64,000 nucleotides of DNA from an uncultured Pseudacidovorax sp. (GTDB lineage Bacteria > Pseudomonadota > Gammaproteobacteria > Burkholderiales > Burkholderiaceae_C): the NCBI RefSeq assembly GCF_913773995.1, contig NZ_CAJYES010000033.1:17364-81363 (forward strand), written 5' to 3'. Positions 45,022 through 54,308 of this stretch are shown in pieces. Made by a program: the position numbers and the translations under genes. The notes beneath the pieces were generated by a model. It was not told the DNA's origin. It saw nothing but the letters and a program-made list of their open reading frames with translations, and made no database searches. Positions within the stretch are counted from its first letter, which is position 1. Each line of letters starts with the position of its first letter.

Positions 45022-46578
45022 ATGAACGCCCAGCAATTCGTGGCCGAGCACGCCTTCGGCACCGTGTCCGACCTCATCCGCGCGCATGCCCGCGAACGGC
45101 CCGGCCGCCCCGCCCTGGCCGACACGCACGGCCGGCTCGACTACGCCGCGCTCGACGCCCGCATGGACCGCATCGCCGCCGCCCTGCAGCGCGATGGACT
45201 GGGGGTGGGCGATGCCATCGCCATCTGCGCCAATGCTTCGGTGGACTACGCCTGCGTCTTCCTCGGCGCGCTGCGTGCCGGCGTGGCGGTGGCGCCGCTT
45301 GCCCCCGGTAGCGCGCCCGACAGCCTGGCGCGCATGGTGCGCGATGCGGATGCCCGCCGGGTGTTCGTCGATGCCGTCGGCGACGCGGCCATGGGTGGCG
45401 CGGGCGAGCCGGCCGCGGCGCGCATCGCACTGCAGGGCGAGATGGCCGGCGCGCGGCCGCTGGCCGACTGGCTCACGCCCGAAGGCGCCACGCCGCAGCC
45501 GGCCGAGGTGCAACCCGCCACGCCCTTCAACATCATCTATTCCTCGGGCACCACCGGCGAGCCCAAGGGCATCGTGCAGGGCCACGGCATGCGCTGGGCG
45601 CACATCCAGCGCGGCGCCGTCTACGGTTACGGCCCGGAGTCGGTCACGCTGCTGTCCACACCGCTGTACTCCAACACCACGCTGGTGGTGTTCTTCCCCA
45701 CGCTGGCCTTCGGCGGCTGCGTGTGGCTGATGCCCAAGTTCGATGCCGGCCAGTACCTGCAGCTGGCCGAACGCGAAGGCGTGACGCACACGATGCTGGT
45801 GCCGGTGCAGTACCAGCGGCTGATGGCGCACCCGGACTTCGACCGGCACGACCTCTCGCGCTTCCAGTCCAAGTTCTGCACCAGCGCGCCCTTCCGCGCC
45901 GAACTCAAGGCCGACGTGCTGGCGCGCTGGCCGGGCGGGCTGATCGAGTTCTACGGCATGACCGAAGGCGGCGGCACCTGCATCCTGGAAGCCCATGCCC
46001 ATCCCGACAAGCTGCACACCGTCGGCTGCGCCGCGCCGGGCAGCGACATCCGCCTCATCGACGAAGAGGGCCGCGAGGTGCCCGCGGGCGAGGCCGGCGA
46101 AGTGGTGGGCCACTCGGCCGGCATGATGGTCGGCTATCACAAGCAACCCGCCAAGACGCGCGAGGCCGAATGGTTCGCACCCGACGGCAAGCGCTTCATC
46201 CGCACAGGCGACGTAGGCCGCTTCGACGCCGACGGCTTCCTCACGCTGTTCGATCGCAAGAAGGACATGGTCATCAGCGGCGGCTTCAACCTCTACCCCA
46301 GCGACCTGGAAGCCGTGCTGCGCCGCCACCCGGCCGTGGCCGACTGCTCGGTGATCGGCATCCCGTCGGAGCAGTGGGGCGAGACGCCGGTGGCCTACGT
46401 GGTGCACAAGCCGGGCGACACCACCGCGCCCGAAACCATCCGCGAATGGGCCAACGAGCAGCTCGGCAAGACCCAGCGTCTGGCGGGCCTGCGCTTCATC
46501 GACGAGCTGCCACGCAGCGCGATCGGAAAGGTGCTCAAGCGCGAGCTGCGGGATCGCTGGGCCGCCGAGCGCGGCTGA
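45022..46578 (+). CDS. Class I adenylate-forming enzyme (acyl-CoA synthetase/AMP-ligase)
   Basis: YSSGTTGEPKG, EFYGMTEG, RTGDVG, DRKKDMVISGG and SAIGKVLK; GGAG RBS. Confidence 0.93.
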   Translation: MNAQQFVAEHAFGTVSDLIRAHARERPGRPALADTHGRLDYAALDARMDRIAAALQRDGLGVGDAIAICANASVDYACVFLGALRAGVAVAPLAPGSAPDSLARMVRDADARRVFVDAVGDAAMGGAGEPAAARIALQGEMAGARPLADWLTPEGATPQPAEVQPATPFNIIYSSGTTGEPKGIVQGHGMRWAHIQRGAVYGYGPESVTLLSTPLYSNTTLVVFFPTLAFGGCVWLMPKFDAGQYLQLAEREGVTHTMLVPVQYQRLMAHPDFDRHDLSRFQSKFCTSAPFRAELKADVLARWPGGLIEFYGMTEGGGTCILEAHAHPDKLHTVGCAAPGSDIRLIDEEGREVPAGEAGEVVGHSAGMMVGYHKQPAKTREAEWFAPDGKRFIRTGDVGRFDADGFLTLFDRKKDMVISGGFNLYPSDLEAVLRRHPAVADCSVIGIPSEQWGETPVAYVVHKPGDTTAPETIREWANEQLGKTQRLAGLRFIDELPRSAIGKVLKRELRDRWAAERG

Positions 46579-46644
46579 GCGGGGCAAGTCCACCGCGTCC
46601 TCCGCCGGTCACCCCAAGCGCCCAGGGCCCCGGACAATCGCCTC

Positions 46645-47466
46645 ATGACTGCCGCTTCCGCCCCGACACCCGCCGCCCTCTCGCTGCGCGACTACGGCCC
46701 ATCGCGTGGCAGCCATGCGCACGACCATTTCCAGGTGCTGGTGGCGCTGCAGGGGGTGCTCTCACTGGATGTGGAAGGCCGGGGACGGCGTCTGGCCGCG
46801 GGCCAGGGTTTCGTCGTGGCGCCGGGCGATCGCCACGACTTCGAGGCCGAGGCCGGCGCCAGCCGCTGCCTGGTGCTGGACACCCGCGACGCGGCCTGGA
46901 CGACGCATGCAGGCCGCGCGGCGCAGGGCCCGCATGCGGCGGCGCTGGCCAGCTTTCTGGGGCTGTGCCTGTCGCAGCCCCAACCGCCCGCGCTGGCGCT
47001 GGCCCAGGCGCCGCTGCTGTTGTGCGAGGCCTGGTCGGTGCCCGCCTCTTCGACCGCCCCAGCTTTTGCAACGGCTGCGGCAGAGGGCACAGGAACGACG
47101 GTGCCTCGGGGGTTCATGCACCCTGGCAGCGGCACACCGACGGGAGCACTCGACCGAGGCCTGCCGCGCGGCCGGCCCATCGACTGGGCGGCGCTTTCCA
47201 GTTGGGTGGCGGCCCATTGGCACCGGCCGCTCGGTGTCGAAGACCTGGCCGCACGCGCCTTCCTCAGCCCGAGCCAGTTCGCCCAGCGCTGCCGCGACGA
47301 GCGCGGCTTGAGCCCGCTGGCCTGGCTGCGCGCACTGCGCCTGGCCGAAGCGCGCCGCCTGCGGGCGAGCGGCCTGGCAGTGGCCGAGACGGCGCGGCGC
47401 ACCGGCTACCGCTCACCTTCGGCGCTCACAGCGGCGCTGCGCCGCGAAGGCGGCTGGAGCGCCTGA
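46645..47466 (+). CDS. AraC-family regulator with an N-terminal cupin
   Basis: SHAHDHFQVL cupin; C-terminal HTH LAARAFLSPSQF..ETARRTGYRSPSAL. Confidence 0.88.
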   Translation: MTAASAPTPAALSLRDYGPSRGSHAHDHFQVLVALQGVLSLDVEGRGRRLAAGQGFVVAPGDRHDFEAEAGASRCLVLDTRDAAWTTHAGRAAQGPHAAALASFLGLCLSQPQPPALALAQAPLLLCEAWSVPASSTAPAFATAAAEGTGTTVPRGFMHPGSGTPTGALDRGLPRGRPIDWAALSSWVAAHWHRPLGVEDLAARAFLSPSQFAQRCRDERGLSPLAWLRALRLAEARRLRASGLAVAETARRTGYRSPSALTAALRREGGWSA

Positions 47467-47670
47467 GGGGCGCCTTCCCCCAGCGCCAGCGCGCTGGCGC
47501 CATGCCAGCGACCCGCATTTGATCCGGGCCAAGCAGCGCGCGCCGTCTTAAGACTGCCTAAATGCCCGGGCGGGACCATCGCGCCCGCACCGGCCGATGC
47601 CGCCTCGCCCTCCGCGAGCCGCAAGGGCCGCCCGGCCCGCCAGGGCCTCATTCCACGATTGCGCTCTCCC

Positions 47671-48222
47671 ATGACCACCGCCACATCGCCCCGCCCGCGC
47701 TACACACCTTCCGCCATCGCCCTGCACTGGGGCATGGCGCTGCTCATCGTCGCGGTCTACGGCTGCATGCTGGGCTCCGATAACTTCCCGCGCGGCAGCG
47801 ACACCTACCTCTTGCTGCGCGGGCTGCACTACAGCCTGGGCCTGCTGGTGCTGCCGCTGGCCTGCCTGCGCCTGGCGCTGGTGGCCCGGCAGTCGCGCCC
47901 GGCCATCGTGCCGGCGCCGGCCGCCTGGCAGGAGCAACTGGCGCGATGGATGAAGTTCGCGCTCTACGGCCTGATGCTGGCGATGCCGCTGCTGGGCTGG
48001 CTCGCGCTGGCCGCCAAGGGCACGCCGGTGGCCTTCTTCGGTCTGCCCCTGCCCTCGCCGCTGCCGCCGGCCCCCAACCTGGCGCACCTGATCAAGGAAG
48101 TGCACGAGGCCGGCGCCAGCGTGGGCTATGCGCTGGTGGGCGCGCACACCGCCGCGGCGCTGATGCACCACCATGTGCTGCACGACAACACCCTGCGCCG
48201 CATGCTGCCGGGGCGGGCCTGA
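47671..48222 (+). CDS. Cytochrome b561 (CybB/YceJ-like)
   Basis: Heme His motifs IALHW, LHYSLG, VHE and HTAAALMHH; RRMLP C-terminus. Confidence 0.9.
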   Translation: MTTATSPRPRYTPSAIALHWGMALLIVAVYGCMLGSDNFPRGSDTYLLLRGLHYSLGLLVLPLACLRLALVARQSRPAIVPAPAAWQEQLARWMKFALYGLMLAMPLLGWLALAAKGTPVAFFGLPLPSPLPPAPNLAHLIKEVHEAGASVGYALVGAHTAAALMHHHVLHDNTLRRMLPGRA

Positions 48223-48352
48223 CAGGGTGTGAACGCGGGCGCGGCTTTCGTCCTCGCGCGGCCCGCCGGACGAGCCCGCCCTCCTTGCCAGATCGCAGCC
48301 TCGCGACGAGAGACCGGCGGTGCGCGACGACGCGGCCGCCTAAGCTTGGCGG

Positions 48353-49204
48353 ATGCGCCTTCTCTCCGCCTCCACCCTGCACGCCCTGGCCGCCATCGCG
48401 CTGTGGGCCTCGCTCGCCGCACTGGGCACCGCACTCGCGCATGTGCCACCCTTCCTGCTCACCGGCGCCGCACTGATCATCGGCAGCCTGCCGAGCTGGC
48501 CGCTGGTGCTGCGCGACCGCCGCGCCTGGGCCGTGCCGCCGCGCACGCTGGCGCTGGGCATCTACGGGCTCTTCGGCTTCCACTTCCTGTTGTTCATCGC
48601 GCTGCGCCATGCGCCGCCGGTGGAGGCCAACCTGGTCAACTACCTCTGGCCGCTGGGCATGGTGGTGCTGGCGCCGGTGCTGCTGCCCGGCACGGCGCTC
48701 AGACCCCTGCATGTGGTGGCCGCACTGCTGGGCTTTGCGGGCGCGGCGGTGGCGATCCTGAGCGCCCGCGGCACGGGAAGCGCCGGCGGTTTCGCCTGGG
48801 GCTTCGTGCCGGCGCTGGGCTCGGCCTTCATCTGGGCCAGCTACTCGCTGTGGACGAAGCGGGTGCCGGCCTTTCCCACCTCGGCCATCGGCGCCTTCGG
48901 GCTGGTGTCGGGGCTGCTGGCGCTGCTCTGCCATGCACTGCTGGAGCCGGCGGCCAGCCTGTCGGTCCGCGACTGGGCGCTGGTGGCGCTGTGCGGGCTG
49001 GGTCCGCTGGGCGCGGCCTTCTTCTTCTGGGACCGGGCGCTCAAGACGGGTGATGCCCGGCAGATCGGCATCCTGAGCTACCTGACGCCGCTGTTGTCGA
49101 CCACCCTGCTGCTGGTGGTGACCGGCCGCCCCCTGACCGGCGGCATCGCGCTGGCGGCCGCGATGATCGTGTCGGCGGCGGTGATGGGCTCGCGGGCGCG
49201 CTGA
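48353..49204 (+). CDS. EamA/DMT-family transporter
   Basis: About 10 transmembrane segments; EANLVNYLWP and IGILSYLTPLLST. Confidence 0.9.
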   Translation: MRLLSASTLHALAAIALWASLAALGTALAHVPPFLLTGAALIIGSLPSWPLVLRDRRAWAVPPRTLALGIYGLFGFHFLLFIALRHAPPVEANLVNYLWPLGMVVLAPVLLPGTALRPLHVVAALLGFAGAAVAILSARGTGSAGGFAWGFVPALGSAFIWASYSLWTKRVPAFPTSAIGAFGLVSGLLALLCHALLEPAASLSVRDWALVALCGLGPLGAAFFFWDRALKTGDARQIGILSYLTPLLSTTLLLVVTGRPLTGGIALAAAMIVSAAVMGSRAR

Positions 49205-49343
49205 TCGGCGTCGCCCCCGCCCGACGACACCCACGGCACCGCAGCACCCGCGGCGCACGCGCGGGCCCTCCGCGTGAACAATGTCGCGGGTGACGCTGCA
49301 ACAGCGTGTCCGGCGCGCGGCGGAGTGGCGAAGAGCGCTTCGT

Positions 49344-49358
49344 TGGCACTGAATTCGC
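49344..49358 (+). promoter_or_regulatory. Candidate sigma54 promoter upstream of zwf
   Basis: TGGCACTGAATTCGC: TGGCAC plus GG-N10-GC spacing, one mismatch to TTGC, about 100 nt before the ATG. Confidence 0.4.
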
Positions 49359-49461
49359 TATGGCCGGTGGCACGAGGCAGGCGCCCGGCGCGTGCTCCGT
49401 GAAGAACAATCCATCACCCCCGCTGTCACACCGCACACTGCAAGAAGAGAGGACATCGTTC

Positions 49462-50925
49462 ATGGCCAAGATCCAACCCGGCGTGGGCCCACGCTTTCCC
49501 CAGGTGGTGGTGCTCGTCGGCGCCACCGGCGACCTGGCGCGGCGCAAGCTGCTGCCCGGGCTTTTCCACCTGTGCAGTGCCGGCTTCATTCCCGCCTGGC
49601 GCATCGTCGGCTGCTCGCTGGACGACCTGGACGCCGAGGGCTTCCGCCGCTTCGCCCGCGCCGCGCTGGACGAGTTCGGCAGCCGCAAGGTCGACCAGGC
49701 GGCCTGGGAGGCCTTCGCCGCCACGCTCGACTACGTGCCGCTGTCGGCCGGTGCACCGGCGCTGGCCGAGGCCGTGGCCCGGGCCGAGGCCGAGCTGGGC
49801 ACCGAGTCCCGCCGCCTGCATTACCTCAGCGTGCCGCCCAAGGCCGCGCTGCCCGTGGTGCGCACCCTCGGCGAGGCCGGCCTGGTCGAGCGCGCCCGCA
49901 TCGTCATGGAAAAGCCCTTCGGCACCGACCTGGCCAGCGCCCGCGACCTGAACGCGAAGCTGCACGAGGTGTTCGAAGAGGAGCAGATCTTCCGCATCGA
50001 CCACTTCCTGGGCAAAGAGGCGGCGCAGAACATCCTGGCCTTCCGCTTCGCCAACGGCCTGTTCGAGCCGATCTGGAACCGCACCTTCATCGACCACGTG
50101 CAGATCGACGTGCCCGAGACGCTGGGCCTGGGCAAGCGCAGTGCCTTCTACGAGCAGACCGGCGCCTACAAGGACATGGTCGTCACGCACCTGTTCCAGA
50201 TCCTGGGCTTCGTGGCCATGGAGCCGCCCACCTCGCTGGAGCCGGCGCCCATCAGCGAGGAGAAGAACAAGGTCTTCCGCAGCATGCTGCCGATTCCGCC
50301 GCAGGACGTGGTGCGCGGCCAGTACGCCGGCTACCGGCAGGAGGAAGGCGTGGACCCGGACTCGGACACCGAGACCTTCGTCGCCCTCAAGTGCCACATC
50401 GACAACTGGCGCTGGGCCGGCGTGCCCTTCTACCTGCGCACCGGCAAGCGGATGGCCGAGGGGCAGCGGGTGATCTCCATCGCCTTCCGCGAGCCGCCCA
50501 AGAGCATGTTCCCGGCCGGCAGCGGCGTGGGCTCGCAGGGGCCCGACCACCTCACCTTCGACCTGGCGGACGCGTCGAAGATGTCGCTGTCCTTCTACGG
50601 CAAGCGCCCGGGGCCCGGCATGCGGCTGGACAAGCTGAGCCTGCAGTTCGCGATGAATGACACCGGCTACGTGCACGAGGTGCTGGAGGCCTACGAGCGG
50701 CTGATCCTCGACGCCATGCGCGGCGACCGCACGCTGTTCACCACCGCCGAGGGCATCGAGCGGCTGTGGGAGGTGTCGCAGCCGCTGCTGGAGGCACCGC
50801 CGCCGGTGCGGCTCTACCAGCCCGGCTCATGGGGGCCGAAGCCGGTGCACCAGCTGATCGCACCGCATGCGTGGCGCCTCCCTTTCGAGCGGGCGTGGCG
50901 GCCGACGAGCCAGGGTCAGGGCTGA
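49462..50925 (+). CDS. zwf: Glucose-6-phosphate 1-dehydrogenase
   Basis: GATGDLARRKL, EKPFG, RIDHFLGKE, NWRWAGVPFYLRTGK and AYERL. Confidence 0.96.
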   Translation: MAKIQPGVGPRFPQVVVLVGATGDLARRKLLPGLFHLCSAGFIPAWRIVGCSLDDLDAEGFRRFARAALDEFGSRKVDQAAWEAFAATLDYVPLSAGAPALAEAVARAEAELGTESRRLHYLSVPPKAALPVVRTLGEAGLVERARIVMEKPFGTDLASARDLNAKLHEVFEEEQIFRIDHFLGKEAAQNILAFRFANGLFEPIWNRTFIDHVQIDVPETLGLGKRSAFYEQTGAYKDMVVTHLFQILGFVAMEPPTSLEPAPISEEKNKVFRSMLPIPPQDVVRGQYAGYRQEEGVDPDSDTETFVALKCHIDNWRWAGVPFYLRTGKRMAEGQRVISIAFREPPKSMFPAGSGVGSQGPDHLTFDLADASKMSLSFYGKRPGPGMRLDKLSLQFAMNDTGYVHEVLEAYERLILDAMRGDRTLFTTAEGIERLWEVSQPLLEAPPPVRLYQPGSWGPKPVHQLIAPHAWRLPFERAWRPTSQGQG

Positions 50926-50961
50926 GCCCCTGACCCGTCCGCCGCGCCTTGTGCTTTCAGC

Positions 50962-51807
50962 TCACCCCAACCACAGCACGAAGGCCGAGGCCACGAGGCA
51001 ATAGGCACCGAAGAGGTACCAGCGCCCCGACTCCAGCCAGGACGACAGCCAGCGCAGCGCCGCGAGCCCGGCCAGGAAGCTGAGCACCATGCCGAAGGCG
51101 CTGGGTGCGAGCACCGGTCCGAGATCGTGCACCGCGACCGCAGGGCCGGTGGCCGAAGCCGTGAGCAGCCGGTGCACCTCCTTGACGATCACGGCGGGGG
51201 TCAGCACGACGGCCAGGGCGAAGCTGAATTCCTCGGCCTTGCGCCGTTCGATGCCCACCGCCATGGCGGTCGAGATGGTGGCGCCCGAGCGAGAGAAGCC
51301 CCGGAAGGGCAGGCACAGCCCCTGCACGGCGCCGATGAGCAGGGCCGAGGGACCGCCGACGCGCCGGCTGGTCCGCTCGGGGATGAAGGAGGCCGCGATG
51401 ATCAGCACGCCCGCTGCGGCCAGCGCGGCGGCCATGAGGCGCGAGTTGCCGAACAGGTGTTCGATCTCGAACTGCGGGTCGGAGGCCAGCACCCAGTGCT
51501 TGATCGCGAACTGAAGCCCGAGGCCCACGACGCCCGTGCAAACCGTGGCCAGCACCACGCCCGTCGCGCTCTGCTTGAACGCGCTCCACGAGCTGAAGTA
51601 CGCCTTATTCCAGCTGCGCCAGAAATAGACGATCACCGCGAACATCGTGCCGGTGTGGAGCATGACCAGCAGCAGCGTCATCTCGGGCGTGGTCGGATCG
51701 AGGCCCATCAGCTTCTCGGCGGTGATCACATGGGCGGAGCTGGAAACGGGGAGCAGTTCGGCGGCACCCTGGATAAGGGCCAGGATGGCGACTTGGAGCG
51801 CGGTCAT
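50962..51807 (-). CDS. uppP: Undecaprenyl-diphosphate phosphatase (BacA/UppP family)
   Basis: IQGAAELLPVSSSAH, LHTGT, GFSRSGAT and EEFSFAL. Confidence 0.9.
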   Translation of the reverse strand: MTALQVAILALIQGAAELLPVSSSAHVITAEKLMGLDPTTPEMTLLLVMLHTGTMFAVIVYFWRSWNKAYFSSWSAFKQSATGVVLATVCTGVVGLGLQFAIKHWVLASDPQFEIEHLFGNSRLMAAALAAAGVLIIAASFIPERTSRRVGGPSALLIGAVQGLCLPFRGFSRSGATISTAMAVGIERRKAEEFSFALAVVLTPAVIVKEVHRLLTASATGPAVAVHDLGPVLAPSAFGMVLSFLAGLAALRWLSSWLESGRWYLFGAYCLVASAFVLWLG

Positions 51808-51953
51808 GAGGAGAGCGGAAGGATGTTCTGGAATGCGAGCGCATGGCCGCCGACCTGGCCATCGGCAAGGCGATGGGCGGGCGTCTGTGCGGGATGAGCG
51901 CCGGATTCTCGGAACACAAGCTGACGGCCACGCGACCGGCTCGGCACCCGGAC

Positions 51954-52469
51954 TCAATCCGCGGTCTTCGTGGCCATCGGTTCGTCGGCGACATCGACGC
52001 CCAGCCGGCCCGCTGCGGAACGCATCGGGCCCACCGCCGGCGCCAGCGTGCCCGCCCGGCCCAGCCCAAATGCCGGCATGTTGACGTAGACGTTTTCGTA
52101 CATGCCTGGACGCACCACGTAGCTCTCGTGCCAGATGCCGACACTGCCGTCGGTGCCGACCGCGCGGTTGAACTGCTGCCAGGCCGGCAGGTGGGCCGCG
52201 TCGCGCGCCCTGGCATAGGCCAGCAGTGCGTCCATGCTGCGCCAGTACTGCACCAGCACCAGCGTGCGCGAGAACCACATCTCGTGGCTGAGCAGGCCCA
52301 GCTCGGGCTGCGCGTAGAGCTCGCGCAGCATGCGCGGCATGGCGCGGGCGATGGGCAGCCATTTGTGCACCGCCCACGGCCGATTGAAACGGGCGCCGAT
52401 GAGGAAGACGGCGAACTCCCCGTCCAGTCGGGCCGTCATGCGTTCGCGATGAAGCATGGCAGGCATCAT
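51954..52469 (-). CDS. DUF4188-family protein (putative heme monooxygenase/dehydratase-like)
   Basis: FAVFLIGARFN, VQYWRSMDALLAYAR, HLPAW and VGIWHESY. Confidence 0.8.
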   Translation of the reverse strand: MMPAMLHRERMTARLDGEFAVFLIGARFNRPWAVHKWLPIARAMPRMLRELYAQPELGLLSHEMWFSRTLVLVQYWRSMDALLAYARARDAAHLPAWQQFNRAVGTDGSVGIWHESYVVRPGMYENVYVNMPAFGLGRAGTLAPAVGPMRSAAGRLGVDVADEPMATKTAD

Positions 52470-52783
52470 GGCTTGCGTGGGGGTTCGGGCTCCCACTGCG
52501 GCAACAGGCCGGGCACCCGCCAATCCTGCGGCCGGATCGACGTTACCGCGAGTGCCCCACCCACCGCCCCAAGGACGGAACTCGCCCAGGCGAACAGCTG
52601 CATGGATGTGGCTGCAGACAACGCATCGAACAGACCCGGCACGGCAAGCGCGGAGCTCGCACCGGTCAACCCGAGACTCAGACGGAACCAGTTGTTGGCC
52701 GCGCCCGCTCTGCGGCTGTGCCATGCGAAGGCGAATGTAGTGACGCCACAGGCGACGGACACCCAAAGATGGAACGTGGTCAT
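52466..52783 (-). CDS. Small hypothetical membrane protein (105 aa)
   Basis: GGGAGA RBS, three hydrophobic segments; stop overlaps the DUF4188 ATG (ATGA). Confidence 0.5.
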   Translation of the reverse strand: MTTFHLWVSVACGVTTFAFAWHSRRAGAANNWFRLSLGLTGASSALAVPGLFDALSAATSMQLFAWASSVLGAVGGALAVTSIRPQDWRVPGLLPQWEPEPPRKP

Positions 52784-53047
52784 GGAATCTCCCTTCATGC
52801 TTGTGACCGGGGACATTGCCACAAGGTGCCGCCTGCGACAACCACGGTCCCCCTGCATTGAATGCTGCTCAAGCAGGGGCGACTGCACATGACCTCAGGG
52901 ATGCGCTTCCCGCACACGCGCCGTGCGCCTCTACGGACTTGGGCGGTCTGCGGCGGGGCCACTGCTCGCAACAGCCCGGCGCTTTGCGCCTCGCAACGCA
53001 TCCCGATTCGCAGCGGCCTGTTGCCGCGCGATTCGTGAAGAGCGTCC

Positions 53048-54097
53048 CTAAGCCACCTTCAGCACCAGCTTGCCGAAGTTCCCCCCCGAGAACAGCTTGG
53101 CCAGCGCCTCCGGGAAGTTCTCCAGCCCGTCGACCACGTCCTCGCGACTCTTCATGCGACCGTCCTTGAGGTAGCCCGCCAGCTCGGCGATGGCCTCGGG
53201 GTAGCGGTCGGCGTAGTCGAACACCACCATGCCTTCCATGCGCGCGCGGCTGACCAGCAGGCTGAGGTAGTTGCGCGGACCGGCGGTGGGCGCGCTGTTG
53301 GCGTTGTTGTACTGGCTGATGGCGCCGCAGATGACGATGCGGGCCTTGGGCGCCAGCTTGGCCAGCACGGTGTCGAGGATGTCGCCGCCGACGTTGTCGA
53401 AGTACACGTCCACGCCGCGCGGCGCATGCTGCTTGAGGCCTTCGCGCACGGCCTGCGGGCTGGCCTTGTAGTCGATGCAGGCGTCGAAGCCCAGCTCCTT
53501 GACCACCCAGTCGCACTTCGCCGGGCCGCCAGCGATGCCGACGGTGCGGCAGCCCTTGATCTTGGCCAGCTGGCCGACCGTCTGGCCCACGGCCCCTGCG
53601 GCGCCCGAGACGACGACCGTGTCGCCAGCCTTGGCCAGGCCCACGTCCAGCAGCCCGAAGTAGGCCGTCATGCCTGGCATGCCCAGCACGTTGAGCCACT
53701 GGCCCGGCGTGCCGGCGGCGAGGTCGATGCGGCGGACGTCGCCGCGCTGGATCTGCGCGTGGCCGAAGGCGGCGAAGTCCTGGATGCCGAGCAGGCCGGA
53801 CACGGCGTCGCCTTCGGCGAAGCCGGGATTGCGCGAGGCCACGACGCGGCCGATGCCGCCGGCGCGCATCACCTCGCCGATGCCCACGGGCGGGATGTAG
53901 CTGCGGCCCTCGTTCATCCAGCCGCGCATGGCGGGGTCGAGCGAGAGCAGTTCGGTGCGCACCAGCACGCCGCCCTCCTCCACCGTGGGAATGGGCGCGT
54001 CGGCGACGAAGTCGAAGTCCTCGCGCGTGGCGGCGCCCTGCGGGCGGCGGGCCAGTCGGAACTGGCGGTTGGCTGTGGCAGCGGGGGTGGCGGTCAT
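53048..54097 (-). CDS. NADP-dependent zinc-independent MDR oxidoreductase (CurA/PTGR-like)
   Basis: LSLDPAMRGWM, GMPGMTAYFG, SGAAGAVG, YFDNVGG and GNFGKLV. Confidence 0.93.
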   Translation of the reverse strand: MTATPAATANRQFRLARRPQGAATREDFDFVADAPIPTVEEGGVLVRTELLSLDPAMRGWMNEGRSYIPPVGIGEVMRAGGIGRVVASRNPGFAEGDAVSGLLGIQDFAAFGHAQIQRGDVRRIDLAAGTPGQWLNVLGMPGMTAYFGLLDVGLAKAGDTVVVSGAAGAVGQTVGQLAKIKGCRTVGIAGGPAKCDWVVKELGFDACIDYKASPQAVREGLKQHAPRGVDVYFDNVGGDILDTVLAKLAPKARIVICGAISQYNNANSAPTAGPRNYLSLLVSRARMEGMVVFDYADRYPEAIAELAGYLKDGRMKSREDVVDGLENFPEALAKLFSGGNFGKLVLKVA

Positions 54098-54308
54098 TCG
54101 GGTGTCTCCTGGTGCGATGTCGTCGGGGCCGTGCGGACGGTCGCGGGCATGCTAGCCAGGGGCCGGGCGGCGGCTGGTTGCGCAGGCGACAGCACCGGCA
54201 GGCCTGCGCACCGCGCGCCGATACGCGACGCGTCACACGGCAGGACACACCGCCGCGACGGGGCACAAGTGGCGCCACGGCGAGCGCCCTCGCCCTCGTG
54301 TCAGCGGA

